Positions 62,152 through 64,000 of a DNA stretch of 64,000 bases are shown here, in pieces. Source of the DNA: Podarcis gaigeae. Lineage: Eukaryota. The notes beneath the pieces were generated by a model. It ran no database searches. It was not told where the DNA came from and saw nothing but the letters and a program-made list of their open reading frames with translations. The stretch's first letter is position 1; each line of letters begins with the position of its first letter. The stretch lies in the NCBI GenBank assembly GCA_964106915.2, contig OZ066919.1; one strand, 5' to 3'. Made by a program: the position numbers and the translations under genes.

Positions 62152-63456
62152 CTATGAAATAAGAAAACTCTTGTAAGTCATTTCATATGCCAACTTTAGA
62201 GTAGTCAAGTGGCAAAACCAAAGATGTTAGCTAAGTTCCATCAGTTATGAACCACTCCTAATGGAAAAAAACTGGTTATATATACAAAATTCAGGAGATA
62301 GTAACATTTTGTGTGAAGTAGAATCGTCTTTCAAATGGTACAGTATCTCGGATTTCTTCACATTAAAGAACTCTGAACCACTTGGAATAACCACAGTAAT
62401 ATTGGGTCCTTCTACTAATTTATTTGCATTTCTATTCCAGATTAAATCAGGCCCCTGTATTTTACTCAGTACTTAGGGTGCTGTGGAAAGACCCCATAGA
62501 TCTAAGGCTTAGACTTTAAGAGTTGCATTTAACTTTCCAATGCTATATGTAGATTTCAATTGAGCAGGGACTGTAAGGTTAAGATAAGTTACCTTCAAAT
62601 GCATAAATAATGATTGATTGATTTGTTTTTTACTGGTCTTTTCATTCCATTATCATTCCCCCTATCATTGTTCTACACAATGTCTTTCTAACCATGCAAG
62701 TTAGAAATATATATATATCCTTTGAATTCTAGCCAGCTCAGGAGCAACATACAGCCTACAGCCATATGTAAAGAGATACTACGGATAGTAACTACAGCAG
62801 CTCAGGATGCCCTTTATCTAGACTGAGGCATTACATTTTCCAGCCGTAAGGACGCTAGTGCATTTAACTTTGTTACTCTTCCTTAAATCCATGCATCAGT
62901 AACTGTTCAAAGTAATCCCTCGCCATGCATTTATTGGATGAACATGTCTGCTTAGGTAAACCCAAATTAAGAGGACAGAAAATTTCTCCCACATATCCAA
63001 CAAGATACGCCATACTGATGCCCATTGCTATTTTTACAGCTCAGTGAACATGGAAGAAAATTCAACTTAAGGTTTTGTCTGTGTTTCTTGAAGGCGCAGG
63101 TTTTAGATGGCTACCAGCTGTGACAAATAAAGGACATTTTGACCTTAACAGACTTTAACAGCACAATGCTAAAATAAACTAGCGCTTTAGTGCAAGCATT
63201 CTGAGGTTGCAGGATGCAAATGAAAGATCTGTTTATCTTAATGTCTACACATCACGATTTGCAGGGAACTGGAGCTATGTCTAAACCTGACTGGAGAGGA
63301 GAAGGCATCAGCATAGCTTACTGACCTCTCCATTATGCAAGGTAAATAAACATGAAAGTTGCCTCATGAGCATAATTTATAAAAGGTTGCAGAACGGTTT
63401 GCTTTTCTTAGTAAAGTTTCTTAGTAAAGAAACTGTTTTGCTTTTTAATCTCAATA

Positions 63457-63698
63457 CAGTAGTACCTCGGGTTAAGTACTTAATTCGTTCTGGAGGTCTG
63501 TTCTTAACCTGAAACTGTTCTTAACCTGAAGCACCACTTTAGCTAATGAGGCCTCCCGCTGCCACCGCGCCGCCGGAGCACAATTTCTGTTCTCATCCTG
63601 AAGCAAAGTTCTTAATCTGAAGCACTATTTCTGAGTTAGCGGAGTCTGTAACCTGAAGCGTATGTAACCTGAAGCGTATGTAACCCAAGGTACCCCTA
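63457..63698. mobile_element. Tc1/mariner (Tigger-like) MITE, same family as 31121-31346
   Basis: TA|cagtagtacctcgggtta ... taacccaaggtaccccta|TA; body collinear with the 31121 copy. Confidence 0.88.
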
Positions 63699-64000
63699 TA
63701 AAAGAAAGTGCTAACACAAAAAAATCAGAATGGAGCATAATATGTGTCATTTACATATTGAAAGCATTACTGGGAGTTATGGTTTCAGCATCTAAATATA
63801 GGTAAGGAACTAAAACAGTGACTTGTCAAAGAAACTTGATATAGGATTTGTGTGTGTACATGTGTGTGTAATTTATCTGAGAGAATACACTTAGTGAAGG
63901 TGCAATAGGAAGCCTTGCATGCAGAAGATCTCTGATTCAATCCTTGATATCTCTGCAAAGCATTTCAAGTAGCAGGCCTGAGAAAGACCTCTCTGCCAGA

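Overview
Vertebrate nuclear DNA, almost certainly squamate and probably a lacertid lizard, judged from Sauria/Squam1 SINEs plus Penelope, CR1, L2 and DIRS remnants. The minus strand carries the 3' half of CDC73 (parafibromin). Eight coding exons, equivalent to human exons 10-17, were reconstructed by hand with GT-AG boundaries and consistent phases (62151 down to the stop codon at 2518), followed by 3' UTR. Nested antisense in the 45.8-kb intron 10 is B3GALT2, with a single 422-aa coding exon (40960-42228), a probable uORF-rich first exon (~35730-36296) and a promoter near 35630-35710. The rest is intronic DNA with many transposon remnants, several nested and with readable target-site duplications. 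The most notable items are: (1) a young Penelope-derived insertion with a perfect 71-bp inverted repeat and an intact minimal hammerhead ribozyme motif on the CDC73 pre-mRNA strand; (2) a spliced 105-codon uORF plus shorter uORFs in the B3GALT2 leader; (3) a candidate 33-nt poison exon or alternative first exon in CDC73 intron 10 next to a promoter-like motif cluster; (4) a decayed DIRS element bounded by diverged inverted repeats. There is no evidence of prokaryotic systems, CRISPR arrays, rRNA or tRNA genes. Repeat family names come from recognition of motifs, not database searches.
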